A stretch of 62,269 nt of DNA, filler included. It is 5 parts of 5 records of this genome, joined end to end, with 100 filler letters (N's around TTAATTAATTAA, not from the genome) between each part and the next. Parts side by side here need not be neighbours in the genome. Positions count along the whole stretch, not along the records: positions 30,226 to 49,307 come from SRR2962707_4361; positions 49,408 to 55,801 come from SRR2962707_4363; 3 more parts are not named here. The stretch is one strand, 5' to 3'. Positions 41,001 to 52,395 of the stretch are shown here, piece after piece. Numbering within the stretch: the first letter of the stretch is position 1; each line of letters starts with the position of its first letter. The position numbers were made by a program, and so were the translations under genes. The notes beneath the pieces were generated by a model. The model worked only from the letters and a program-made list of their open reading frames with translations, made no database searches and was not told the DNA's origin.

Positions 41001-44000
41001 AGTTGTGCCATCTGTGAGATGTTCCAGTTCGTGGCCGAAAAAGTCAGTGTTGATTCACCGTGCTCGGCATCTGCCCTGCATACAGCGAGTGTGATATTCA
41101 CGTCCCCGTTAGGGGGGCTACCAAGGACAGCACTACAATCGTAAGGTCCACACAAAGTACTGTCACAGCCAAAACTATCGCCTTCGCTACATTCAACGCT
41201 GGCAGAGGCATGTCCATCGTCATTGTTCACAAAAACAAGCTGCACAGATTCCACGAGTTGTGCATAGGCTGGGTCTGTCGTGGTTGAGCCGTCAACCGTG
41301 AAAGTAGTTCGAAGCTCCCGTGCTGTTTCAGCAATTTGAACTCCAGACACACTTACGGTTTGTGGAATGTTCCAGTTCGCACTGGAAAACGATAGATTAA
41401 GAGTACCCGCACTTGGCACACCACGCGTTGCAAACACAAGCACTGCCTCTGTTAAGTTGGCGGATGCGATTTGTACTGCAACCTCCCTGTCGGGCAACGG
41501 CTCACTCTGAAGGGAAACCTGAACATCACAGAAACCTCCTTCGTCTGAAATGACAAAACAGGCAGCAATACGGGTGACTATGATGCCAGGCACATCATCA
41601 TCAACATTGGTCAAGGTATCGATGATTGAGGGAAGCGCTGCATAAACAGAGTCGGACGTCATGCTTGAAGCACAAGAAAAAGTGAGATTGTAGGCCTGGT
41701 CACCATCCACAGACTGGTCATCCACTCCCCATACGAAGAGCGCCCTGGTGACATTCCAGTTGGTCTCGTTGAATATGAACGTCACGGTGGGGTAGGTAGA
41801 GCTATGATCTGCCGACAAAGCAAGTGCCGCTTCGGTGATGTCGCTTACCAGAGCCAATACTTCCACATCACCCCGTGGTTGGGTGCCCAAACGAATGGAC
41901 ATGACAACGCGACCTTGACCACTCTCAAACGTTTGGTATTGGTCATGCGCAATCACCACGCCTGCAATGTCATTGTCGAGGTTCACAAAACGCAGTGGTG
42001 CTCCCTCCACATTCCGGTGGTCATACAGAGTATCTGCAGATGAAACGTTGAAGGTGATGTGGAAGTCAGCTGGCCCATCTTGTTGAAAATCATCCACTCC
42101 AGAAACCAAAACATTCACCCCGGTGGACCACGTTGCCTCGGATAAAATGACGGTCGAGGCTGACACGGTACCTTCCGTCGGATTTGACACAGTCATTGCG
42201 ACTACCACTTCAGCGACAGGCTGTGAAGTGAGTCGAACGTTGACAGCCCGGGTGATTTCGCCAGTCTCAGATGTTGGTGCTGGTGTCTGTTCTGTATCCG
42301 TGACAACTGCGAGTACCCCCGCAGTGTCGTTATCGAGATTTGTGATAACGAGTGGGACTTCCATCGTCGGTGATGCACCCGCATAAACCGGGTCACCAGA
42401 GGCCACGACCCTCACCAAAAAAGTGTAGCCACGCGGCCCATCGACCACGTCATCATCAACCCCGACCACCTCCAACATCTGCACAACATCCCAGTTAGCA
42501 GCGCTGAAGAATAGTGAGCCGGCTGCAGCAACACCAGCAACTCGACCCTCGGCTGTATTGTTGCTAGTTCCTGACACCACCACAGTCGCAGTTGGCTTGC
42601 TGGCAAGAGACACATTAACGGTGAGAGCGTGCCGAGGGTCATCTTCGCTTTCTGTGGTTACACGTGGGTTTGCTGCGACAACCACCAAGCCAGCAACGTC
42701 ATCATCTTCGTTCACGCAAAGCAGTTCCGCCTGGACCTATCAAGAAGTCACACGGTCCCCGAGCATCAAAACAAGCTTGTGAACGAAATTGCAAACTTGC
42801 TCGTGTGCTCATTGCCAATATGTGCCACCCCTCGCAGCACGCATACGCACTATCGGAGATGTCGTCGGAAAAGACGCAGTTCCTGACCCAAAGTACGGAT
42901 CACCTGCAGACGAGGCGGTGAATACCAAAGAGTACTCCTCGTTGCCATCTTGGACCTGATCGTCTACTCCTCGTACAGCAATAAATTGAGGCTCCTTCCA
43001 TGTGCTGGGTGTGAATACCAACAGCACACTTTCCGCAAACAAAAGTGGGACTTCAGTGGTGGACGACGATGCAAACGGATACGCAGCAACAAGACCAGCG
43101 TCGATGTTGGATGACGACACGGATACCTCCACGTCGGGAAACCCGAATACGTCAATTTCCATGAAGTGAATGCCTGTATTGAGAGTGCTCCTTCCACAAT
43201 GGTGTCGCACGTACCTGCAACCCAGTGGCCGTTTATCGCCAAGACATGCTCAGCAACAGAGCAAGACGGTGGAGGTACTCTCAAAGCAATGTACACGGGA
43301 TGAATCGGCAACATCAACATGAGCGAGCTGCTGGCGCACCGTGCTGTGGTGGCGTTAAAATTGATTGTGTGGCCTTCCGCTGTCTCAACTGGCCCATATC
43401 CAGTACCAGTGCTGTATACCTTTACTTCCTCGCCTGTGAAAGCACCCGTTTTTGATAACAGTACACTCTGACTGCAGTATTGGCGAATGTCGGCGTAGTA
43501 GTGCCACAACGTGACGCTTGTGATGACATACTCGGACCCAAGATCGACAGTAACATATCTATTGGGCGAAGCAATTCGCAAACCAGGTTACAAGGGATGC
43601 ATCGACACAACCATTAAAAAACATTGGACATCGCTCATGCCACTGACCGTGAGCCAGACTCGCAGGACGCCAAGTCTGCTGTTGGCGACCTTGTCCACTC
43701 TGAAGGTGTATGGTCATTGTCGATTACAGCAGAGTCGAGGTTGTAGACACCTGGGCCGTTCGTGGCGCTAATGGTGCCAGATGCAGCTTCATTCAAATAA
43801 ACTCCGCCAGTAGGACTGGAAGCGAGAGACACTGGAACTCGAAAGTAATCACTGGGTGCAGCTATTCCGTTAAACGCCGAAGCAGGGTCTAACCACAAAA
43901 ACACCACATTAACGACAATTGTGAAACCCAGCCCGCTGCTGCAAGTGACAAACGTGACACTTACTGAGAGGATCGTCCCTTTCACTCGTCATGCATGCCG

Positions 44001-47000
44001 AAGAAAGTGACTGAGTTCCAAGAATAGCTGCAGTGTTGTCATCAACGTTGACCAAATTTCCAGACGCGGCAGTAAGTCCATCGTACATCGGATCAGGAGA
44101 ACTTGCTCCAAGATTAATGTAGTAAAGTTGGTCGCCATCGATCCAGTCGTCGTCGACACCAAGAATTGAGACTGACTGGGAGACATTCCAGCTCAAAGCC
44201 GAGAAAACAAATAATTCTGAGCCATCGCCTACGATGGCCTCCGTGCTGTCCGACGATGTTATGCGCACAGTCACTGCTGCAATGGGCTCAGACGCCAACC
44301 GCACAGAGAGTGTGGGGGGACTCAGCACGGCTGTTGCGGATGGACTTTCTGAAGTTACTAATCCGTTCGAACCGCCTTCCAAGCGGACGACAAGCCCCAC
44401 AGCGTCATCGTCGACGGTGAGGCCTTCGAGTTCAACGGGGAGCAAATCGTCATACATTGGATCGCCTTCTGATGTACACGAGAAGATCACCGCAAATGTT
44501 GTATCAACGCCTTGATAGATGTTGTCGTCAAGTCCTTGTACCGAAACAGTTTGGGGCACCATCCACGTGTCCGGCAGAAACAACAACATGTGGCTGGTTG
44601 CGAGGGCAGAGACTTCGTTCTCGTCGCTTACCTACGATGTGAACGAGGTTGCGTTCGGACAAACGTATGCAGTGAAAAAAACATACAGCCGCACTTGGTT
44701 CTCGACAACGAATTCGAGCATACAAGATGTTAGAAACTCACCACAATTGCAGCCCCAGGGATACTGCTGCGAACCGATATCAACACTGAAACGGGCGCTG
44801 TGGGGCGAGATTCGAGATTCACGGCAATATCGTGGGTGGAGCCAAGTTTAGAATCCGCCTCACTTGTGGCAATCACTGTCCGTGGGGAATATACAAGTCC
44901 TGCAATATCTGCATCTATGATCGTGCCGCATACGAAATCGCGATACAGCCCATCATAGTACGGATCGCCAGAGGGAGAAGACAGCACACAGCGAAGGCAA
45001 AATTGCTCGTTTGCCTCTCCATTGTCAATGCCATCGGCGACTGCACGCAGAGAAAAGTCGAGGCGCGTGTCAAGAACAGAGGTACTCGAGGCCAGAAACA
45101 AGCCATCACTGTTGGAACTGGCCCACGAAAATGCCACACGGCGGTTTCCAGCATCTGCACTGGATCTGTTGCCAGTAGTGTCGTCCAAGAGATAAACGTT
45201 GCATTCGGCAGAAACGTCGTGAGACGGCACACTGAGAAGAAAAAGCGAGTAATTCCGAGGCGAGTTCAAAGCAGCGGCCTCGTACAGCCGTTCCCCTTGA
45301 ATATCGTGTTCCTGGTGCTGGTGGGATACAGGAGACTCCACACCATCAGCAGAAGACTCACCGCTCAAAATTGTGACTCCAAACATGTCATTGTCCTCGC
45401 AATATCCGGTCAGAAGGCTGTCCGGAAGCGTGGCTGCTGCAAAAGCAGGATCTGCGTCTGGGTTTGCAAAGGCGACGAAGACTCGAAGACTGAACAAGCT
45501 GGCGTTCAGCGTCCCGGTAATACTCGCGTTAGCGTCCCCAATGCTCTCAAAACGCAGGTTTTCGGCGCAGGAAATCACAACGTAGTTACTTCCAGAATCC
45601 CAGAGGCTGGGTACGATGGAAAAGTTCGAGCCGTTGTTTACAGTTGGGGACGGACCAGAGAAGGTCTCGTTCCAATTCAGGACCTCGAAGCCAAGAACCT
45701 ATCGCATCCAAATGTTATCATTAGCGTTATCAGGCCCATTGACGAGGTGAAGAGCCGAGAAGGATTGTTACTACGGGATAAGGGTTGAACGGTTGAGCTT
45801 ACCACAGGCAGTGACGGGCGCGCGGTCAGTGCAACGCTGAACAAAGCAGTTCCGCCTTCCGGCGCAACAATTATCGGCTCACTTCCCATGGTGTCAACCT
45901 TAACGTCGGCATAATCGTTGTCAACTTTGCGAACGTGCGCCACGGGGTTTGGAAAGTCCAACACATTGTACCTGCAGTTGCAAGAACGGTATGAGGTCGC
46001 AAAATTGGTGCTTAACCCATGCCAGGGCGAAAGGCCGCATGTTCTGTGCAAACGGCACTGGGAGAGAAACTCACACTGGATCAGCTTGTGCTACAACATC
46101 CACAAATACTGCACACACGATCGAATCATCAATGAGGTCATCCTCCAAAGCTTCAACTTCAAGAAACTGCTCTGTTGCCCAAGTAGCAGGACCAAAAGTA
46201 AGGCGATGTCCACTTGCAACCGCACAATTCACTGTATCGTTGACAGTGATATAAATAACGACGTCGGCGAGCGGTTCTGAGTCGAGGACGAAACCCACGA
46301 CGGCTCCTGCGGCACCTTCAGCGGCCAGCAAGGTGCCAGCCTCGGCTACACTGATGCCAGACATGTCATTGTCAATGTACCTACATACATTGGAACAAAA
46401 ATGTTAGGCCCACCAAGATCGCGGTCCTCGCAATCGCTCAAAGTGCCTATCGCGGGACTGGTCACGCGCAGTCAGCCGCCTGCGTGCAAAGACGAACATG
46501 ATCAATGCATCATCAACATCCTGGCCTTGATACGACTTGTCATCGGACCGCAGGATGCCTTGAACTACAAACGATGGGAGATCTGGGGCGGTTAGGGCAC
46601 TGTCGTCGCGGTCGTTGGGCACTGCTGCAACCACGACATACTGCGGGACGGCCCAATTCTCAACATTGAACACCAGTGCTGTTCGCCCACAGAGCTTTCC
46701 CAGACTCTCGGATGTACTCGCTAGCACCACCGTCACATCATCATATGGCTGACTGGAAAGCCAGTACCCAATTCGCGCCACTCCTGGAGCAGCCGTGTCG
46801 AGGGTAGAACAGGCGGCTGACGATGTTTCGTGGACTTCCAAGGCCTCGGACACATCCACCACGACAGCAGCAAAATCATCGTCCTCGATGGACACCAAGA
46901 CGACAGGGGGTTCGTATCCAGAATACCTGCAACACAAAAAGTGTAGAAACCGAATTAAAATGCGAGACGATCAAAATTGCACAAGCAACATTAGGTTCAC

Positions 47001-48923
47001 GTCAAAGCCGCGAAAGGGCTCACAAGGCTCAACGAACCCCGGGTCAAAAGTAACAACGACAAATTCAATTAGCACTTGCACGCTTGCGGAATTTGCCACA
47101 AAGTCATTGTCCACGGCCGAAACATTCACTGTGACTGAGTCAGCAAAGTTCGTGGCATCAAAGAATATCTCCTCAAGGGGATGGCCACTATTCGATGTCA
47201 GTATGATGTAGTCTGCAGCGTCGTTGCTGGCTCCTGGCTGCAGATCAGCTTCTAATGAGAGAAGCGTAATGTTGGGCACGAGAGCTACTGGAAGTCCGGG
47301 CATGACTTGACTCAAGATTTCGACTTCAAAACTGGTGCTAGCCCCCTCGACAAGGCTGACTCTAGAAGGCGCAACGGCTATGCCAGGCTCTACACACGAC
47401 AGTCCAGGGTCAAAGAGTTGGCCTGCGAAGCAAGTGGACTCCATTGCTGCATCTGCAGAGGCAACTTTCCCACCCACGCACTTCAAGTTGCAAAAGGCAC
47501 CAGTGTCGATAGGAAAGGCACAGTCGGTTGCGAGGTAACGGTCTTCAAAAAGGCCAGAGCTAAACTCAGTGCATGGCATGGGTTGGCACTCTCCATCGAG
47601 AAACTCAAAGCCTTGAGCACAAATTTGCGTTGCGCTCAAGTAGTAGCAAAACGGAAGACCATTGGACAGGGCTTGAGCCACATCTGGGGAAAACGACGAA
47701 GGGTGGGCGTAAAAACTAATTCCATCGCCAGCATCGAAGCCCATTTGCGCATAGGACTCAGCAGAAACTATTCCGACAGTCCACTCCAAGCTGCGATAAT
47801 AGAAGCAGGCATATGTGTCACCAGAGCCGTCTGCCGCAGTTGCAATCACAGCCTGGAAGGAATTGAGTAGGTCTGTCCCTGCAAGTGAAGATACACGCCA
47901 ACACAATTAAAACGCACGAATTGCAGGATACTATTGACAGTCATCAGTGGGTATGCGCATGAACTCATGATCGTGGCGACTGGGCCGGAGTAACATACCA
48001 AGAGCGTAATATCCTACAGAATCCCACGTTGCAACCAAAAGGGACGCTGCTTCAAAGTCAGGGTCGTAGATCTGCCGAATCCGGCGGTCGATGGCGTGCA
48101 AATACTCGCTGTAGTTTGTCTTGGCTGTGATGAATTGCCAAAAGTAAGAGCCTCCTTCACACCCCGACTGCGAGCGCAGCGACGCAGACGTTCCACATCG
48201 AACGTCCACGTCCGCCCAAAACGGGGCAATGATTGGAGTATCGGACGCTGGAAATGGAATGGGGGTGTAGCTTAATTCTGGGGCACCAAAGGAAATCAGA
48301 CCGTTCGCACAAACGTAGGCAAAATCATATTCTTGCCCAAACAACGTCACAGTGGCATCTGGTTTTGTGACGTTGACTCGCCAGCAGGAATCGTCGAGAC
48401 TGGCAGAACTGCCGCTTTCACTGGATGAGAACATCTCCGGGCGCGTTGCGTCTCCGAGGACAATGTTTTGGGCAAAAAGCGGGACAACGTACTCAAAAGT
48501 TTCAGGAATGCACGTACAGCAAGCCTCTGTAGCGGCAAGCCGTCCGGGCACAGTGAATGCTTGAGAGTCATCGCACAAGGCCGCATTGGCACGGTAGTCG
48601 TTGCAAGTTAGGTTGCGGGAATCTTCAAATCCTGGGACGTCCACGCATGCTGTCGGGTCGAATTCTGCAACGGTGTCGCACGCACAACTAGTGCAATCAC
48701 AGTTGAACAGATCTTCGAGAGAGCCGCACGAGATTCCAGCCGTCTCCGCAAGTTCGTCACAGGTGGAACCAAAGCAGAACGTGGAGCAAACAGAGACAAC
48801 AGGCGCAGGGATCGAGGTCAAGCTAAACAAAGCTGACAAAGCCAAACCCAACACGCTCCTACGCTGGAGTGATGGGGCGTGATGCATTCGGGGTCGCTGC
48901 TTTCCCAAGAACGTCAGCCCCAT
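32079..48923 (-). CDS. Giant spliced type I membrane protein (~4,713 aa, 23 exons): Cys-rich modules, NIDO, ~29 Calx-beta/cadherin-like repeats, discoidin-like domain, TM, basic tail
   Basis: Manual exons: 48923-47999, 47878-47038, 46926-46498, 46380-46075, 45971-45803, 45698-44742, 44631-43965, 43888-43648, 43558-43340, 43214-42851, 42736-38415, 38242-37516, 37376-36996, 36856-36716, 36573-36296, 36188-35979, 35828-34762, 34645-34304, 34121-33248, 33108-33002, 32887-32851, 32746-32566, 32435-32079. All 22 introns are GT..AG (76-182 nt) with consistent phases; total 14,142 nt. Confidence 0.82.
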
Positions 48924-49282
48924 GTCGCCTCGACAGGAACGCGGACTTCACTCACCCCCACGTCGTCGAAGCAGACATCGACTGGCACCGCGCGAACCGC
49001 GTCACAGAGCAGCTGACCGTCATGCCCGCTCGCAAGTTTGGTCCCTGACTTGTCCCTGGATTTTTCTGCGACTTGCTTTTTTGAAACTTGTTCGATTGAG
49101 ATATGTATATTGTATGTTTATACTTCTCTTCGCTGCAGCCACCGCACATTGCCAGCTACGCTACGCACTCTCACTCGTTCAGAGGCGAGAGTGAAAGCAG
49201 CGACAGCACATACATACATTGGTGAAGCTCGCGTCTCTTCTATTGCTTCTCCCCCTTCTCTTTTTCGTCGTCGTCGCCCTCC

Positions 49283-49307
49283 TCTCCTCCTCCTCCTCCT
49301 CCTCCTC
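49283..49307 (+). repeat. (CTC)n microsatellite at contig edge
   Basis: Read directly. Confidence 0.9.
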
Positions 49308-49407
49308 NNNNNNNNNNNNNNNNNNNNNNNNNNNNNNNNNNNNNNNNNNNNTTAATTAATTAANNNNNNNNNNNNNNNNNNNNNNNNNNNNNNNNNNNNN
49401 NNNNNNN
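49308..49407. other. Artificial contig linker
   Basis: N44-TTAATTAATTAA-N44. Confidence 0.98.
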
Positions 49408-49711
49408 CGCCTATCACAATCCCATGCTGCTGGCCGAAGTCGACGCCCGTGTCTTTGGTGACTCTCATCCGGTTCCCGACCTTGCCGGGATCATGGCGCT
49501 GATGGCGGATTACGCCGAAGGCGAACTGCAGGCCGGTGTCCGCCTCAACAACATCGCGCGCCACATGCTTGGCGTGGCCAATGGCCGGCCTGGCGCCCGC
49601 CAGTTCCGCCAGATCCTGAGCGTCGAAGCCTGTCGCCCCAATGCGGGGCCGGAGGTCTTCGAGCGCGCTTTGAGCGTCGTTCAAGATCGTAATCTGGCGG
49701 TCGCAGGCTAA
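49408..49711 (+). CDS. dusA: tRNA-dihydrouridine synthase A, 3' part
   Basis: AYHNPMLLAEVD...IARHMLG...PGARQFRQILS matches the DusA C-terminus. Confidence 0.8.
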
Positions 49712-49880
49712 ATCTCGTGCTTCTCCGACGTGTGTCAGGACGCTGTATTGCGCTCGACCCTAGCCGCCTGTTGAAAATGGCATTTCGTTTTCTTTCGTTT
49801 TCTTTCGAGATGTGCAAGTGATGGCGCCCTAAAATGCTGCTGAAACGATTCAGCGCGAGTTTTTGGGGGAGCATCCTTCT

Positions 49881-51581
49881 ATGAAAATTAAAAATCTCCT
49901 GTTCCACACCGGATGGTTCATAATACTCCTTGGTGCGCTGTTGGCGCATTTCGTCCAGACCTCCGGCGATGTGACTATTCGCGATCTGCGGTTTAACGGG
50001 GAAAACGGACGGGTCCTCAGTGGCCTCCTATACGTTCCGCCGGGCCTATCGGCGGAGGACAAGGCGCCCGCTATTCTCGCGGTCCATGGCTATTTCAACA
50101 GTCGTGAAACCCAGGATGGTTTCGCGATTGAATTCGCCCGCCGTGGCTACGTTGTTCTGGCCCTCGATCAGGGCGGTCACGGCTATTCTGATCCGCCAGC
50201 CTTCGCCAACGGTTTTGGCGGTCCCGGTGCCCTGGCCTATTTGCGCTCGCTCGAATTTGTCGACACGGACAATATAGGTCTTGAAGGCCACTCCATGGGG
50301 GGCTGGACCGTGTTGGCGGCCGCTGCTGCCATGCCTGACGCCTATAAGGCGGTGGTGCTGCAAGGCTCAAGCACGGGGGCGCCATTTGCCAGGGAAGGCG
50401 ATCCCACCTGGCCGCGCAACCTTGCCGTTGTCTTTTCGAAATACGACGAATTCTCACAAACCATGTGGGGCGTCGACAGAGCTCAGGACATCGCTTCGGG
50501 CGACAAGCTCAAAGCGGCCTTCGGAACCACTGACACCGTGGTGGAAGATCAGATCTATGGAGACATCGAAGCTGGCACAGCCCGCATCTTGAACCAGCCC
50601 AACACCACCCATCCTGGCAACCACTTTTCGCCTGAGGCGATTGGTGATGCGATCGCGTGGTTTGACCTGACACTTGAAGGCGCCAATCCGATATCTCCAG
50701 ATGAGCAGATCTGGATGTGGAAAGAAATTGGTACTCTGATCGCTCTGATCGGCTTCGTTGTCTTGCTCGCGGGCACCTTCGAAATGCTCCTGCGCAGTCA
50801 GGTCTTCGCCCATCTGCGCAAGCAGCCAGAAGGTGCGGCCTACGCCTCTCGCAATGGCAAGTGGTGGCTTCACTTCGCGCTCGCGACATTGATCCCGGTC
50901 CTGACCTACTACCCATTTTTCTACTGGGCCACGGTCATCTTCCCGGCCTCTGCTCTCCTGCCGCAAACCTTCACGAGCCAGATTGCACTATGGGCTGTGC
51001 TGAATGGCGTCATCGTCCTGGCGATGGGGCTTGTCTTCAAGGGCGACAAGGTCGCGGGTCGGGGGGATATCTGGGGCTCAGTGCTGATTGCGCTGGCGAC
51101 TGTCGGTATTGGCTATATCGCAGTTGCGGCAGTCGACTTCTTTTTCAAGGTCGATTTCCGTTTCTGGGTGCTGGCCCTCAAGCCGCTGGACCTGATCCGC
51201 TTCCAGATCGGTCTTGTCTACCTGGTGCCTTTCACGGTCTATTTCCTGCTTGCCATGCGCGGCCTGCACACCGGGCTTTCAGTGGTGGGCGATGGCCGTG
51301 TCGCACAGTACCTGTCCAACATCGCGATCATGATTGTCGGATTCATCCTGTTCCTGGGCTTCCAGTACCTGACGCTGCTCTTTACGGGACACCTGTTCTC
51401 AATGAACGAACCCCTCAACACGGTGATCGGCATGCAGTTCGTGCCGCTTCTGGCCATCGTGGCATTCCTGTCCACGTTTGCCTGGCGGCGCACTGGCAGC
51501 TATCTGCCAGGCGCGTTTATCAATGCGCTTTTCGTCACCTGGTACATCGTCGGCAGCCAGGCCATCCAGTTTGCCGTTTGA
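49881..51581 (+). CDS. Alpha/beta hydrolase with a multi-TM C-terminal domain
   Basis: AVHG, DQGGHG, nucleophile motif GHSMGG, followed by ~8 hydrophobic segments. Confidence 0.85.
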   Translation: MKIKNLLFHTGWFIILLGALLAHFVQTSGDVTIRDLRFNGENGRVLSGLLYVPPGLSAEDKAPAILAVHGYFNSRETQDGFAIEFARRGYVVLALDQGGHGYSDPPAFANGFGGPGALAYLRSLEFVDTDNIGLEGHSMGGWTVLAAAAAMPDAYKAVVLQGSSTGAPFAREGDPTWPRNLAVVFSKYDEFSQTMWGVDRAQDIASGDKLKAAFGTTDTVVEDQIYGDIEAGTARILNQPNTTHPGNHFSPEAIGDAIAWFDLTLEGANPISPDEQIWMWKEIGTLIALIGFVVLLAGTFEMLLRSQVFAHLRKQPEGAAYASRNGKWWLHFALATLIPVLTYYPFFYWATVIFPASALLPQTFTSQIALWAVLNGVIVLAMGLVFKGDKVAGRGDIWGSVLIALATVGIGYIAVAAVDFFFKVDFRFWVLALKPLDLIRFQIGLVYLVPFTVYFLLAMRGLHTGLSVVGDGRVAQYLSNIAIMIVGFILFLGFQYLTLLFTGHLFSMNEPLNTVIGMQFVPLLAIVAFLSTFAWRRTGSYLPGAFINALFVTWYIVGSQAIQFAV

Positions 51582-51602
51582 CAAGCGGCATCGCCAACAA
51601 GC

Positions 51603-51630
51603 AGGGCCGGTCATCTGACCGGCCCTTTTT
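51603..51630 (+). terminator. Intrinsic terminator
   Basis: AGGGCCGGTCA..TGACCGGCCCT hairpin followed by a T run. Confidence 0.75.
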
Positions 51631-51646
51631 CTTGTCAAAGGCTGAG

Positions 51647-52333
51647 TTAATCCACCAACTCCAGCGAATTCTGCGTCACGCTGTAGCGGCTCAGCGTTTC
51701 GAGAAAAGTCATGCCGAGCAGGCTCGTTTCGAGCGCCCCTGGCTCTGTGACGAAAGCCGTCAGGTTCTGCCGTAAAATGCCGCCCACCTCGATGCTGTCG
51801 AGCCGGGTCCTGGCGGCCAGGCCCTGGCCATTGGCTGTCGATACCGGCACGGTGTAGCGGAGCCCTTCGACGTTCACGCCTGCCGCTTCCGCATCTGCAA
51901 TAGTCAGCACTACGGCGCTGGCGCCGGTATCAAAGATCATAGGCGTCGTGTGGCCATTAATCGTGGCATTGACCTCGAAATGCCCGCCCATGCCGCGCCG
52001 GAAGGTTGCAATGCCCGCACCACTGTCCACCAGCGCGACGCCGGGCTGCAATTCCCCCGCGACCCGACCGACAACGCCCAGCAATTCGTCGCGATAGGCA
52101 TAGGTCACCATGGCCACGCCAAACAGGCCCACCCAAAGCAGCAAGCCCCCCACCAGTTCTGAGGCGCGGCGGCGGCGGGTGAACACGCCCCCTGCAAAGA
52201 TGATCAGCAACACCAGCAGCGGCACCAATTGCGCCGTTTGCATCTGGTTCAGGCCCACCATGCTCCCGACGTCGGCACTGATCAGCAGCACGATGCCGGC
52301 GGCTATGATCAATGCGATGCCGATAAAGCCCAT
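51647..52333 (-). CDS. Clan AA aspartic protease (TIGR02281-like)
   Basis: GHFEVNATING, FDTGASAVVL, STANG, SLLGMTFL; N-terminal TM segments. Confidence 0.9.
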   Translation of the reverse strand: MGFIGIALIIAAGIVLLISADVGSMVGLNQMQTAQLVPLLVLLIIFAGGVFTRRRRASELVGGLLLWVGLFGVAMVTYAYRDELLGVVGRVAGELQPGVALVDSGAGIATFRRGMGGHFEVNATINGHTTPMIFDTGASAVVLTIADAEAAGVNVEGLRYTVPVSTANGQGLAARTRLDSIEVGGILRQNLTAFVTEPGALETSLLGMTFLETLSRYSVTQNSLELVD

Positions 52334-52395
52334 CAAATCTGACCTTTCACAATTCTCTTCCCGATTAAGGGCGTGGGCGCGGCGATTTCAAGGCG

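Noticed and set aside
43655-43663. Possible GC-AG intron donor (GCGAGT) in the giant gene
   Set aside because: Wrong phase; the canonical GTCAGT donor at 43647 gives the correct frame.
44832-45788. 318-aa plus-strand ORF in the eukaryotic contig
   Set aside because: Antisense to exon 6 of the giant gene; no recognisable protein features.
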